A stretch of 64,000 bases of DNA. Origin: the human T2T-CHM13v2.0 reference genome, Homo sapiens. The notes below the pieces were generated by a model. The model did not search any database, was not told the origin of the DNA, and was given only the letters and a program-made list of their open reading frames with translations. Location: the NCBI RefSeq assembly GCF_009914755.1, contig NC_060927.1. The stretch is one strand, 5' to 3'. The stretch's first letter is position 1. Each line of letters begins with the position of its first letter. Of the stretch, positions 28,600-41,967 are shown in pieces. The position numbers were made by a program, and so were the translations under genes.

Positions 28600-28768
28600 T
28601 TCAAAGTGTGGTTTGTGAGTGTGGCCCCCAGACCAGCAGCATCAGCACCACCAGGAAACTCATTAGAAATCTGCCAAATTGGAGATTCTGGGCATGGGAC
28701 CCAGCCGTGTCTATTTTAACAAGCCCTCCTGCTGATTCTACTGTGCACTCAAGTTTGAGGGCCACTGG
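28600..28768. mobile_element. MER5A-like hAT MITE, followed by a MIR (~28790-28980)
   Basis: cagaccagcagcatcagcaccacc...ttttaacaagccctcc...gcactcaagtttgagggccactg. Confidence 0.75.
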
Positions 28769-29962
28769 CCTTGGGTTTAGGGTGAGGGATCTAGAGTCAG
28801 ACTGCCTGGGTTCAGATCCAACTGTGTGGCCTTGGGCAAGGCATCTGTCTAGTTCTCAGTTTCCTCATCTGTAAAATGAAGATGATATTAGAACCCACCT
28901 CAAAAGTTGTTCATGACAAGTGAAAGAGATGTTTATAAAGAGCTAAGCTCTGTCTGAGATGTGACACTAGGTCTCAGTAAACATTATTTCAATATTCTGT
29001 GATTCTTTAGTCTACATCAGACCCCTTCTCTGGATCCTCAGTAGTTCTTCCCACATGGTTTAGTTCAAGAAAAATGTGATTAAAGCCATGAATTTTCTCC
29101 CTTTAAAAATGCACTTGTATACACACACATACTCACACATGCACACTCACACATGCACAAACATACTCACAATTTTGCTTTTGCTTACAATTTCAGATAA
29201 TTCATGGGCTCCCAACCAGACTAACTTTATATTCTCTAAATACACCCTGCTCATTCCCAGCCCTGTGACTTTGATTGTGCTATGCCCTTGCCCTTGCCTC
29301 CACCTCTTCTGGTGAAGACCTGCACATCACTGTCAACTCAATACCAAACCTTGTGGAGCCCAGCTGCCATGCCCTATACTCTTAGTTTGGCCAGATAGTG
29401 TCCCCTATGGCTGCAGACAACTCACGTAGGTCCAAAGATATGGTCCAAGATTTCACCAGTGTCTTCTACAAGATCTTCTATGAATGCCTCAGCCACATCC
29501 CTGGTCCTGAGGCCCCCATGAAGACAATTGAGGACTCAGGTCCTCAAGTCATAGAATTTGGTATCAGTCCTGATTGACCTGCTAACATATTGCCTAGAAA
29601 AGGTATTTTATTTAGTCCAAGCTTCGTTTTCTCCTCTGTAAAACAGAAGATCATTAAAAATCTGTCTCATGGGATTGTTATGGTCTTAGAATAAAATTAA
29701 AAACTTTGGTTCAAGTGTGAATCATTATTGTCTAGCTCAAGTGGAGACTGTCGTCCAGAAACATGGAATGATTTGCCTCAAAGGATACTCTTGAGGGTTT
29801 GTCTGCATGATTCACTTGCAGGTGTAAAATGTCACGTCTCCACCTCAACTAGCTTTCTATTTATTCTGAAATGGCTTGAAATTTGTCTTCTGCTACTCCT
29901 TGCAAGGCATTGATAGAGAAGAGGCACTGCCTCTGCCTCCTGGGGAGTGACCTTGAGCTAGT

Positions 29963-29994
29963 GGCAGTACCCACTCCTCTCCACTAGGTGGGGA
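29963..29994 (+). promoter_or_regulatory. Candidate CTCF site with an upstream (ZF9-11) motif
   Basis: Core-like CCACTAGGTGGG at 29981, preceded by GGCAGTACCC at a plausible spacing. Motif match by eye only. Confidence 0.3.
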
Positions 29995-30061
29995 TGGTGC
30001 TGCACTTCCAGAGACATCAAAACCCTGATGGGTTTTTTTTTTTGGTTAATTATTATTATCA

Positions 30062-30183
30062 TTATTTTTAATGCAGAGTCTCACTGTGTTGCCCAGGCTG
30101 GTCTCAAGCTCCTGGGCTCAAACGATCCTTCTACTCAACCTCCCAAAGTGCAGGATTACAGGCATGAGCCACTGCACCAGGCC
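30062..30183 (-). mobile_element. Alu left monomer (FLAM-like)
   Basis: gtctcactgtgttgcccaggctggtctcaagctcctgggctcaa...gagccactgcaccaggcc. Confidence 0.85.
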
Positions 30184-30238
30184 CTCACCTTTCTAATTCT
30201 CCCTTTGATTTCATTTACTGCGGCAGTTAGTTTTCTTC

Positions 30239-30248
30239 ATATATATAT

Positions 30249-30294
<46 letters not shown>

Positions 30295-30336
30295 ATATAT
30301 ATATATGTCATATATATATATATGTCATATATATAT
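30239..30336. repeat. (AT)n microsatellite with GAC/GTC interruptions
   Basis: Read directly from the sequence. Confidence 0.95.
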
Positions 30337-30643
30337 TTATATTTATTTAAGTTATTTACTTTTTAATTATATAAATAAATGAATATAGTATAATGTAAAA
30401 AATACTTAAAACATACAGATGCAATTCCCCTTGACCACAACCCTAAATCCCTGTCATCTCCACCAAAATGACTGCAAGTGCATTTGGTGTGAATCCATGC
30501 AGATCTTGTGCATTCATACATAAAGTACATTGAGAAATATAGTTCAGTAAATGTGTTTTAGCAAAATTGGCAACGTGCTGTCCATATGCTTCCACTGCTT
30601 TCTCCTAACAGTAAGTGATAGAGGTGTCACCGAGGTGTCACCA

Positions 30644-31128
30644 TGTTACCCACAACAACAGGTGAGTTCAAAAACAGTCCAATGACCACAACCAAGGAGG
30701 ATTAAGGAGAGGATTTTGTTACCTGCAACAAGTAAGAAGGACGCTGGGGATAGCTCCTCAAAGCAGCGCCTCCCCAAACAATGGTGAAAACAGGGCTTTT
30801 CTTGGGCTGGTTAGCTGAGTCATTGTATATAGAGGTGGAGACAAAATAGCACTGGTGCAGTTGCCCATCATGCTTCTACATAGTAACCTGTATAGAAAAT
30901 GCGGAATAAGCTCCTCCCTGGGAGGGGCCTGTAGTATGGTAATGAGGAAAGTTCACCAAAGCTCATCTCCAACTCAGGCATCTCTGGGATCCAACCAGTT
31001 TTTGTTTTTCCTGGACTGAGCTTTTTCCGGGAACTTTTTGAAACAATAAGAACTGAAGGTGCAACAGTAACAAGTGGGTACTTTTTTTTCACAGTGCACA
31101 CCCAAAAACCGGAGAACCCAAGGTTACA
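30644..31128. mobile_element. Solo LTR (ERV1-like, family unassigned)
   Basis: TGTTAC...GTTACA termini around a ~485-bp GC-richer block within L1M. No clean TSD. Confidence 0.5.
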
Positions 31129-33257
31129 AGGCACACAGACCTAGGCATTCAACCTGCAAAAGATTACATTGAGATGGTGTATCAAGGGGGGACTGTGGGG
31201 ATTGTAGAAGTCTATCCAGGGTGTGCAATAGGGGATGCATTGTCTGTGGAGAATGTTAAAACAATAATAGATCCAACAAAAGTCAGTCTTATTTTCACCT
31301 TGCACCATGTCCAGACAATTCTAAGCAATGCTAGTGATAACATACTCTTCCTGCCTGGTTCAGTGGCTTCCAACACCTAACTCCTTAACCCCCTTGGTTC
31401 ACCACTGTTCCATAATGATGGGTATTTAAAGACTTTTTCAATATCTTGATTTTATAAGCAGTACTGCGGATAATAGGATATTTAAAGACTTTTTCAATGT
31501 TTTGATTTTATAAACAATACCGCAGAGAGTATTGTAGCATAAACCTCTTTATACAAGTATGAGAAGTGGAACTGCTGACTGGAGGAGTATATGGGTCTTT
31601 AATTTTAAAATAGACTTGCCAAATTAAGCTCCCAAAACTTCAGAGCAATTTACATAGCCATAACAGTGTGTGAGTATGTTCTCTCATGTTGTCAACAATA
31701 GTGTTGTCAGTCTGCTAAATTTTTGCCAATTTTATGTGAAGAAAAAAATCCTCTTCGGCTAACATTTTCATAATTACTACTGAAATTGAGCAATTTTTCC
31801 TGTGTTTAAAGCTATTTACACTTTTCTTCTTTCGTCCATCCCACTAGCCTTGATATGCAATTTACATTTATACTTTTTTATCTGTTATTTTATTGGACTA
31901 TTTGTCTTTTTCTTACTGATTTTTAGGAATTAGTTTTATTTTCTAATTATATAATAGATTTCAGATCTTTGATGGTTACACGTGAAACTATTCTCTCCTT
32001 GTCTCTTTTGCCTTAAGTATATTTTACATACAAAAATTTTTGTTCATAATAATTTATCAATTATTTTCGGTTACTATCAGTTATTTCCTTTATTATTTTT
32101 GTATTTGGTGTCTTAAGGCCTTAAATTTGCAAGGGTTAAGGATTTTTTTTCCAATTTCTTCCTAATCCTTCGTAGTTTTCTATTTTCAGTTCAGCCCTTT
32201 AGACCGTCTGTACTTTATCCTTCTGGGTGATATGTGATAAGCTCTAACCTTCAAATTAAGCATTTGTCACAAAATTATTATTAAATAATCTATCATTTAT
32301 CCGCTGGTTTCAGATGCCCCTTTAGTATATTTTAACCTTTTATTTCTATAAGCCTGTTTTATTTCTTTACTTTCTATTTTGTTCCATTGATCTAGAAGCC
32401 CGATTCCCTTACAAATACTATTTTATTTTAATTATAATAACTCTATAATATATGTTGCAATCTGGTGGATGGTCTTCTCTTCACTGTTGTGGATTTTTAG
32501 AAAATGATGATATCATTTTCTAAAAGCATTTTGGCTTTTCTCAGTCCTTCACTTAAATGATTTGTTAAAATCTGCTCAAGTTGCAAAAAAGTCTTTTTAA
32601 GTTTTGATTGGAATTGCGTTAAATGTATGTATCTACTTCAGAATAATTGATATCTCTGTAATATTAAGCCTTTCCTATCAATAATGTGGTATTTATTCCC
32701 ACTTATTTACTTTCAGTGAAGTTTTATGGATTTTTTTCAAAGCTCTTATACTCTTCTTGTCAAGTAATTTTTAATTATCTTATACATTGTGTTGATATTG
32801 TAAATGAGATTTTATTTATTACATATTCTAGTTGCTTTTCACTGGTGTATAGAAACTGTTAATTTCATGTTTACATTTTATAACTTAGTTCCCTAATGGA
32901 TTCTCTTCTCAGTTCCAGTAGTATTTTGGGTGATCATCTTAGCTATTCCAGATAGATAATCATATTGTCAACAAGTAATGACACTTATCTTTTCCTATAA
33001 TGTATACTTATTTCTCTTTCTTGTTTTATTGCATTGGTGACTAATTATGCTACACTGTGACATAGCAATGACATCTGGCACCTTGCCTTTGTCTTGCTGC
33101 TACCCTTAGTGACCTGCTTCCAGTGTTTCACTATTAAGTGGGATGCTTGCTCTAAGTTTATTAGATACTATCAAAATGATAAATTATCTATTCCTAACTT
33201 ACTAAACAATTTAGATCAGGAACGTGACTGCTTTTTGGCAGTAGATGATCATAGACT

Positions 33258-33577
33258 TTTTCTTTTTTATTTTTATTTCATTTTACGTTATTTTTGAGAC
33301 AGTATTTTGTTCTGTCACCCATGCTGGAGTGCAGTGGCACAACGGCTCACTGCAGCCTTGACCTTCTGTGCTCAAGAGACCCTCCAGCCTCAGCTTCCCA
33401 AGTAGCTGGGACTATAGGAGTTCATCACCATGCCCAGCTAATTTCTTTTTATTTTTCTGTAGAAATGGGGTCTTGCCAGATTGCCCAGGCTGGTCTTGAA
33501 CTCCTGAGCTTAAGCAATCCTCCCACCTTGGCCTCCCAAAGTGCTGGGATTACAGGCATGAGCCACTGTGCCTGGCC
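33258..33577 (-). mobile_element. AluJ SINE
   Basis: Antisense dimer with J-type sequence (cagccttgaccttctgtgctcaag). Confidence 0.92.
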
Positions 33578-35021
33578 AGCTTTTTCTTCTATAATCTGTT
33601 AATGTTGTAAATCACATTAATAGATTTCTCAATTTTGAATAATCTTTTCATTTGTTGCATAAATTTTACTTGATTATGGTTTTTTTTAATAAAAAGCAGA
33701 TTCCACTTGTTGGTTTCCATTTTGATGCTATCTCCTTCAGTTTGGTATCAGGTGATACTAAGAACATGGCAAGGGTTCCCTATTTTATATTATTTTTAGA
33801 ACACTTTATATGACATAATAATTTTCTGAAAGTTTGGGAGAATTCACCTTTTAAGATCTTTTACTTTCTTTATAGATTTCTTCTTTGGTTGTTAGACTAT
33901 TTAGATTTTGTAACTCTTCTTAAATCCACTTTAGTAATTTACATTTTCACAGGCAATCATCTATTTAATCTAGATTTTCAAATGTATTGATATTATACCT
34001 AATATTCTCATCACGTTTTAAAAAAAATTTCTCTGCACTATAGTTATGCATCATCTAGTTTATAGATTTTTTTTCTCTCTCTTGCTCTCATTCTCATTCT
34101 CTATCATTCCCTCTTTTCTTACTTGAACTTACCAGTCTTTTTTTTTACTGGTGTCTTTGAAGAACCAGCTGTTACTTTCATTCATTAATCCCAGGGATTT
34201 TTTATTTTTGCTTCCTAGTCTGTTAATTTCTACTTTTATATTTATTAATGTCTTCTTTTTACTTTCTTGTTTTCATACATGTTTTTCTATATATTCTGAT
34301 ATGTAAAATATTTCATATATATTTCCAATATAGCTAATGAATTTTCCCTCAAATTCAGTTTTGTTTCCACCCCACTAGCCTTGATATGCAATCCATTGTC
34401 AAACTTTTCCAAGTAATTGATCATTTCCAATGTAATTCGCATTTTAATCAAATTAAGTTAGTGAGATGGATAACACTTTGCTTTGTTTTTGCATTTTGTT
34501 TTGGTTTTGTCACTAATTTTTAGTATGCATTATGAATAATGAATATGGCTTACATAATTGCTAATGTTGGGAATTTGTTGAGACTGCCTTTATGATTTAA
34601 TAAATGATCAGTTTTTGTGAATGTTTTATGTGTGTTTAGAAGGAACACATGTTCTCTGTTTTTTGGAGACAAAACTGCATGTGTATGTATGCATTGTTCT
34701 GGGCATTAACAAGACAAGGTCCTGTCTCTTGAAGGTCACATTCATTTCCCTTCATTTCTCTAATTTCCCACCCTTATTTACTGTTGTCTTCATTGTCCTG
34801 TAGTTTTCTTAATTCCTATCTTTTTAGAGTCTTGTGAGGGACTCATGTTAGGAGATGCAAAAGTACATCTGTCATCTCACTCTCTGCTAGATGCTTCACC
34901 TCATGGGCCAGGATTAGCAGCAGACAAAGCCAGCTGAAAGCAGGAGTCCTTTCTCACATTCTCTACCTTATCCCTGGCCTCACTCACTTGACACATACCT
35001 TTGCACGCTGAGCCTCTATGC

Positions 35022-35375
35022 CAGGGGTCCCCAGCCTTTTTGGCACCAGGGACCAGTTTTGTGGAAGACAGTTTTTCTATGGATTGCGGCAGGTCGTGGG
35101 AGGTGAGGGATGGTTTCGGGATGAAACTGTTCCACCTCAGGTCATCAGGCATTAGTTAGATTCTCATAACGAGTGCACAAGTCTCGTCCCTCACATGTGC
35201 AGTTCACAATAGGGTTCGCGCTACTCTGAGAATCTAATGCCACCCCGATCTGACAGGAGGTGGAACTCAGGTGGTAATGCTGGCTCACCTGCTGCCCACC
35301 TCCTGCTGCACAGGCTGGTTCCTAACAGACCAATGACCAGTACCAGTCCATGGCCCCTGAGTTGGGGACCCCCTG
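35022..35375. mobile_element. MER1B hAT-Charlie MITE
   Basis: TIRs CAGGGGTCCCCA / TGGGGACCCCCTG with a perfect 8-bp TSD CTCTATGC (35014-35021 and 35376-35383). Confidence 0.92.
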
Positions 35376-37938
35376 CTCTATGCAATCCATAACATAAACC
35401 GCTGAACACACTCTTCTGTCCTCCTAAACCCAACCCCCTGATGGACATAGATGGGCTAAAACCCCATCTCTTTTGAATATTAATTCTGCTGTTGCAGAAT
35501 TAATGCAAGTGTAATTCTGTAAGTCTAGACTTCAAATGCAGGTCTATGTCTGCTTCTGTGTTTTCAGTTTTTCTGCAGTCTTTTGTCTTATCTCCCCATT
35601 TCACCTTATCCTGTAGTCTTTTAGTGTAAGTGCTGAACTCTTATAGCTTTTTACACCTCTTAATTGAAAATCTGTATTATTACTCTCTAATGAGAATGCA
35701 AAACTGCTATCAGACACTGTGTCCTGGTTGTTAGTAAAATTCACATGATGCCTTCAGGCTAACTTGTTTCCTTCTCTCTGCAGTATTTTTCCATGGGTTC
35801 CACATTAACTTTTCCTGTTAGCAGTTCTTAGATGAGGATAATGCTATTCCCACTCTCATTGTTTGCCAATATCTAATGCCCACAAATAATTTCCACTCTG
35901 CTAGCTTAAGATAGGGGATTTTTGTTATATACTTACTGCCTCGCATTATGCTTCTCTGATCAGATGGCTAAGAACCTAGCCACAGTATTGAATATATAGA
36001 TAATGAATGAATGAATTAGAAAGAACAGACACCATCACACACTTTGCATGGTTTTTGTAGTCTCTACCCCAGGGCTTACGCTTTATCACTACACCTCCCA
36101 GGATGCAACATGGTACCATGGCTAGTTCTTCCTCCTACCCACCTAAATATTTTAGAGTAAATACATTTTCAAAGTAGCTATAAAACAGGGAAGCACCGAG
36201 GGCAGTTGGAAGTGAGCTTCTCCTCGGATGCTTAAAAAGTCCCACTGCCACAATAGAAGGCTCAACTGTTGTGTTTTTGTTTGTTTGGTGTTTGTTTTGC
36301 TTTGTTTTATGGTGAGCATTTATCTTAATATTTCTGGACCAAGATTGGAGGTTGAGAGAATACTGGGAGGAGGGTCAACAATTATTGTGACTACTTAGAA
36401 AAGGTAGAGAGTGAATGGATCTCCAGATGCACTCGTGAGCCTTATATTTAATAAAAAAAATTTCGCCATTCATTTACTGGCAACAAACAGACTTCGATTG
36501 CCTTTTAGTGTTGTGGGTTTTCATCTTTTTCTGTATCTTCCCACACAGTTTTGGTGGAAATTTTGTGTGAAAGATGTTTGCCAGATACCATTTTGAAATG
36601 GAAACCTGCTGATTTTTTGTTGATTGAGACTTCAGGATCACAGGAGGCTGTTATTTTAATTTCCTCCAATGTTTCATTTTTGGTTATACTCATTAGTGAA
36701 ACTTGTTTTCTTGGGGTAAACTTTCTCCTGCCTAGCATTCTAGGTTCTAATTATTCTTTAAAAATATGTTAAGAGTCTTGCCATAGTGAGAAACTACCAG
36801 TTCTTTATAACTAACCATCTGTAAATATTCATTTATTTAATAGGTGTATGCCTTGCTCCAGAAATAATTTAAAGTGGCTTACATAAATATGAACAGGAGA
36901 AAATAAAATAAAAACATAACGATGAAAAGGAGGACAAAGGGAAAACCAGAGTAGGAAAGATAAGATGAAGCCAGGAGTAATGATAGTTCACAAAATTGAT
37001 GGAATGAATCTTAGGCAAGAGATACCAAAAATTTGTCTCTGAGTTACTAGAAGACAATAAAAGGAGAGTGACATGAGCAGCTCCTGAAGTCATGGAAGCT
37101 CTAGTAGAACAATAAATCCATTCCTTAAAGGATGCTGCTTTCGGAGCTGAAATCCAAGAGAAACTCATCCTGTGGATCCTTGTGGAGAGGATGGAGACCA
37201 CAGCAGCCCCTGCTCTAAACTACTCCCATGGATTCACACTCTGGGGGTTGCTTCTCATAATGTCACTCAATGTTGGCCAATCCTTCACAGCAGGCACTGT
37301 TCAATTAAGTCAGGCTGATGAGGGGCCAAAATGCACTGACCTCTGCTGTCCGGGCTGCTCCAGGATTAAGTGTGGGCATATGGAGAGCAGTGGAAGGCTG
37401 CCTCCCCACAGCTCCCCTCCCTGTTTTGTGAGTGTTGTGGAGCTCTGCATTCGAGGGGATGCTCTCTGACAAGTGCTTGTGAGGCATGCATGTTGGCAGT
37501 AAGCTGAGTTGGAGGTAGTAGTGACACTCCCCTGAGAACACTGGGGCTCCAGAAGGTTCGCCTGCCTCTGAAGTGTACCAAGACAATATCCCCAGGCAAG
37601 GCCTTAAAATCTACTCAGAACTGTATTGGAATTATTTCCCGTACACAGACGAAAGGGTAATCATTCCCCTCTGCCCTTCAATTCTCCACCCTGATTTTCA
37701 AATCTTTTTAGGCATAGAGGATTCCCTTAAATGAAATCTAAAGGGAAGGCAGCAGAGTGCACTTTCACTTGTACCAAAGGTTGTATCTCCCACAAAAATA
37801 AAAATAAAGAGAAGACAAATCATAATATGGCTGAAAGCAGAGCTGCTCTGAGGCACAGTTGCTCCCCCATTCCTCGCCACTTACCTCCACGTCCACAGCA
37901 GCCCAGCAAGCACAAACAATAGCCTGGAAGGACTTTAG

Positions 37939-38429
<491 letters not shown>

Positions 38430-38482
38430 TACATTTTCTTTTTATCATAGGCCCTTTTGAGGACCTAATGGGTACACTAGGT

Positions 38483-38690
38483 CAGGGTATCCAATCTTTT
38501 GGCTTCCCTGGGCCACAGTGGAAGAAGAAGAATTGTCTTGGGTCACACATAATATGCTAACGATAGCTGATGAGCTAAAAGAAAAATCGCAAAAAAAAAT
38601 TTTGTTATGTTTTAAGAAAGTTTATGAATTTGTGTTGGGCTCAATTCAAAGTCCTCTTGGGCCACATGGGGCACGGGTTGAATAAGCTTG
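38483..38690. mobile_element. MER30 hAT-Charlie MITE
   Basis: cagggtatccaatcttttggcttccctgggccac...gggttgaataagcttg; 8-bp TSD cactaggt / ctctaggt. Confidence 0.88.
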
Positions 38691-39353
38691 CTCTAGGTCT
38701 TCTCTCTAGGGAGGAAAAAAATGTGCATAAATCCAACAAAGTTTTATATTCAATCTTGGGGAGTATTGGGAGCCTGTCTGGAGCCTCTCTATATAGGATT
38801 TTTAAATAGGAGTCTGTTGGATATTAAGGATTATCCACTGAAAATGATCACTTTATTGTAGCAATAGTTAAATTATTTGGGGCCTTCTTTTAGGTAGATA
38901 TTAAATAGCAGGGCTAACTATCAACTATGGCTTTTACTTGTATGTAGCAATAAAACCATGTCAATTCCATGAAAGAAAATGTTGAGTTCTCTATTCCATA
39001 TGGCAGGGACCCAAGCCCAGCTCATTCAAATGGATAGCAAGTCATTCAGAGCCAATGCAGAGAAAGGGGTCTAGAGCACACTCAGTCCCTTCACCCCAAC
39101 CCCTGCCCTGCGTGTCATCACGTGATTGCCAGGAAATCCTCCTGCTGACCCTGACTCTCACACTGGCATTAAGGCCCAGGTTCTGAATCACCACCAAAAT
39201 CCATGGATCCCATAACTTAGTCTATGCCTATCACAATCCTGAGTCAAAGAAAAAACGAAAGTGAAACCCACTGTTAGTGCTGCTTTATTCCTAACAGATT
39301 TCTCTGCAAAGCGACAGAACAGTTGTGGCCAGTATGAAAATATTGTGTCTTAA

Positions 39354-39477
39354 TTATGCCTAATGTTCCATTATTGGAACGCTAAGCATGTGGGAGTTAT
39401 TTATCTGACTGCTCAAGGTCATCGCCAAGGTCTGATTGCAAAAATTCAAAAAAATTGCAAACTCAGGCATAAATTGG
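39354..39477. mobile_element. MER85 piggyBac (PGBD3-derived) MITE
   Basis: TTAA at both ends (39350-39353 and 39478-39481), TIR remnants ttatgcct / aggcataaattgg, and internal palindrome GTTCCATTATTGGAAC. Confidence 0.88.
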
Positions 39478-41028
39478 TTAAATTTGTTCATTCCTCATGT
39501 AAACATTCACCTGAAAAGCCCAGGCTAGCAATTTTCCAGATATTCTATATGGAATTGCCATAATTCTGGGGAATAAGTGGTTGCCCTTTCAACAAATAGC
39601 ATAGTCTAATTCCATCAGATAGGAGATTAGTAATGAGAAAACACACAGAGGAGGGGTGGATACCAAGTCAGGAGGTTTTGGTTCCTAGAGTGGGAGATGT
39701 GCTCCAGGTTAGATTCAGACTTGTTTTTTAAATCAATGTAATAATATGAAGGACTCAGAAATCATGGAATCTATATACCAAGGCAACTGATCTGTAATAA
39801 TAAAAGCTAAAAAAATAAGCCTTCCAGATGACATCCTGGTGCTAAGATTTCATAACATCCTTCACCAAATTCATCACCAGGTAGTTAGTCCCCATACCTT
39901 CTGTGCAATTCCACCAACCAGGCAGGTCCTTCCACATGATGGGTTCTCCATGAGAGAACCTTGAGAGACTCTCTTTGAGGCAATAGGAAATGTATTATAA
40001 TATTAATTTCTATAAGATTCCAGATGGTGTCTTTCCATTTCCACTGTGTGACACTGACCAAGGGTTTGGTGTATATTTGTGTATGTGTCTGGGTGCTGTT
40101 ATCACACCAATTATGAGGAAAACAAATGCCTTATTCACAGCATGTGAATAAAACTAGTTTTAGGTGAACAGCAATGCATTGGAAAAGGGAAAACTTCTAC
40201 CTTTAGACACCAGGGACAGAAACGTTCCAAGTCCTCTGGGAGAGACAGATCAGCAGCAGAGTCCAGCAGCCCCACGGCTCATCCACTTGCCTCCACCCTC
40301 TGAACAGCTGTGCCAAAGGATTGGCAAGGAAAACTATGTACATTTGCCACACTGAGTGCCCTAGAGTCGTTTAACCTATAAGCTGGAGCTTTTCTCTGAA
40401 GTCTACTAAAATAAAATCTAAAAGCAAGCTGCAGAAACTTTGTTTTTTAGGTCAGGTTCAGTATCTTTCATCAACAGGAATGAGGAGAGCCACCAGGACA
40501 TAAGGATATATTCAACAAATGTTAACATGTGACTGTTGAAAGTTATCCTTTATCTGGACTCTTTTTTAAAAGGTGGAGAAAGCCCAGAGCCTAGCCTGCC
40601 CTTTGCCTCCTGAAACAACCTGGCAGGTGAAAGATAGCCTCTATGAAAAACTTTTTCTCAGACTGGGGTTGCTTTTATAAGGAAGATGATGAGGCTAAAT
40701 AGGAGAAAAAAATGTTTTTAATTACGGTAGGCTGGATTTCAATGTGCGCAGATCACTGGGGTTACTGAGGCAAACACAGTGTTCTAAGGAAATCTCAGGG
40801 TATTCATCTCCAGAAAGAATTCTAGAAAAATTATCTTCTCACTCCTTTAAGCCCTTTTGTGAAAAAAGAGGTTAAACCCCTTGCCTCTTGGGTTCTCCCC
40901 CTGCTTTGTGGCTCTGCTGTTTTCCTTTTAGTGAGCACGGTTTAATTTGGAGCATCCAGTCTTGTTTTGGTGTAAGAGAAGAGCTTGGCCTTCAGGGTCA
41001 GGTCACCTTCAGCTCAACCATCCACTAG

Positions 41029-41552
<524 letters not shown>

Positions 41553-41967
41553 CTTCTCCATTTATTTCTATCCTTGTGTTTCTTAAGCTGAAGAATTCAA
41601 TAAATTCCTCAAGAATTTTTAGAAGACCTCCAGTTTGAGAAAATATGCATTAAACTTTAAATACTGTCAATTTAAGAAAAATGTTGGCACCACCCTAAAT
41701 ATAAATGCGGATATAAGAATGGAGAGCTTACACACATGGCAGCACCCAGCTGTGGGGCTGAGGCCCAGGTAATCCAGAACATACCTCTTTTTTAGGTGAT
41801 CAATGAGATGAAAACCAAAATGTAAGGTTATTGTAAAGAACTTGCACACCACTGAAAACATATTAGAAGTCTCTTGTTTAAGAAACTATATTGGCTTATC
41901 TTAGGAGTATTCTATCGTTAAGTGTTTAAAGATATGCCTTTCTGTTTAGCCAGGGTCTCCAAGTTCC

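Larger units (their letters stand above)
30340..34700 (-). mobile_element. Ancient, fragmented L1M LINE hosting younger insertions
   Basis: T-rich region with L1M motifs (ttttgattggaattgcgttaaat, gataataatcatattgtc, ttctgaaagtttgggagaattcacc). Boundaries approximate. Confidence 0.7.
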
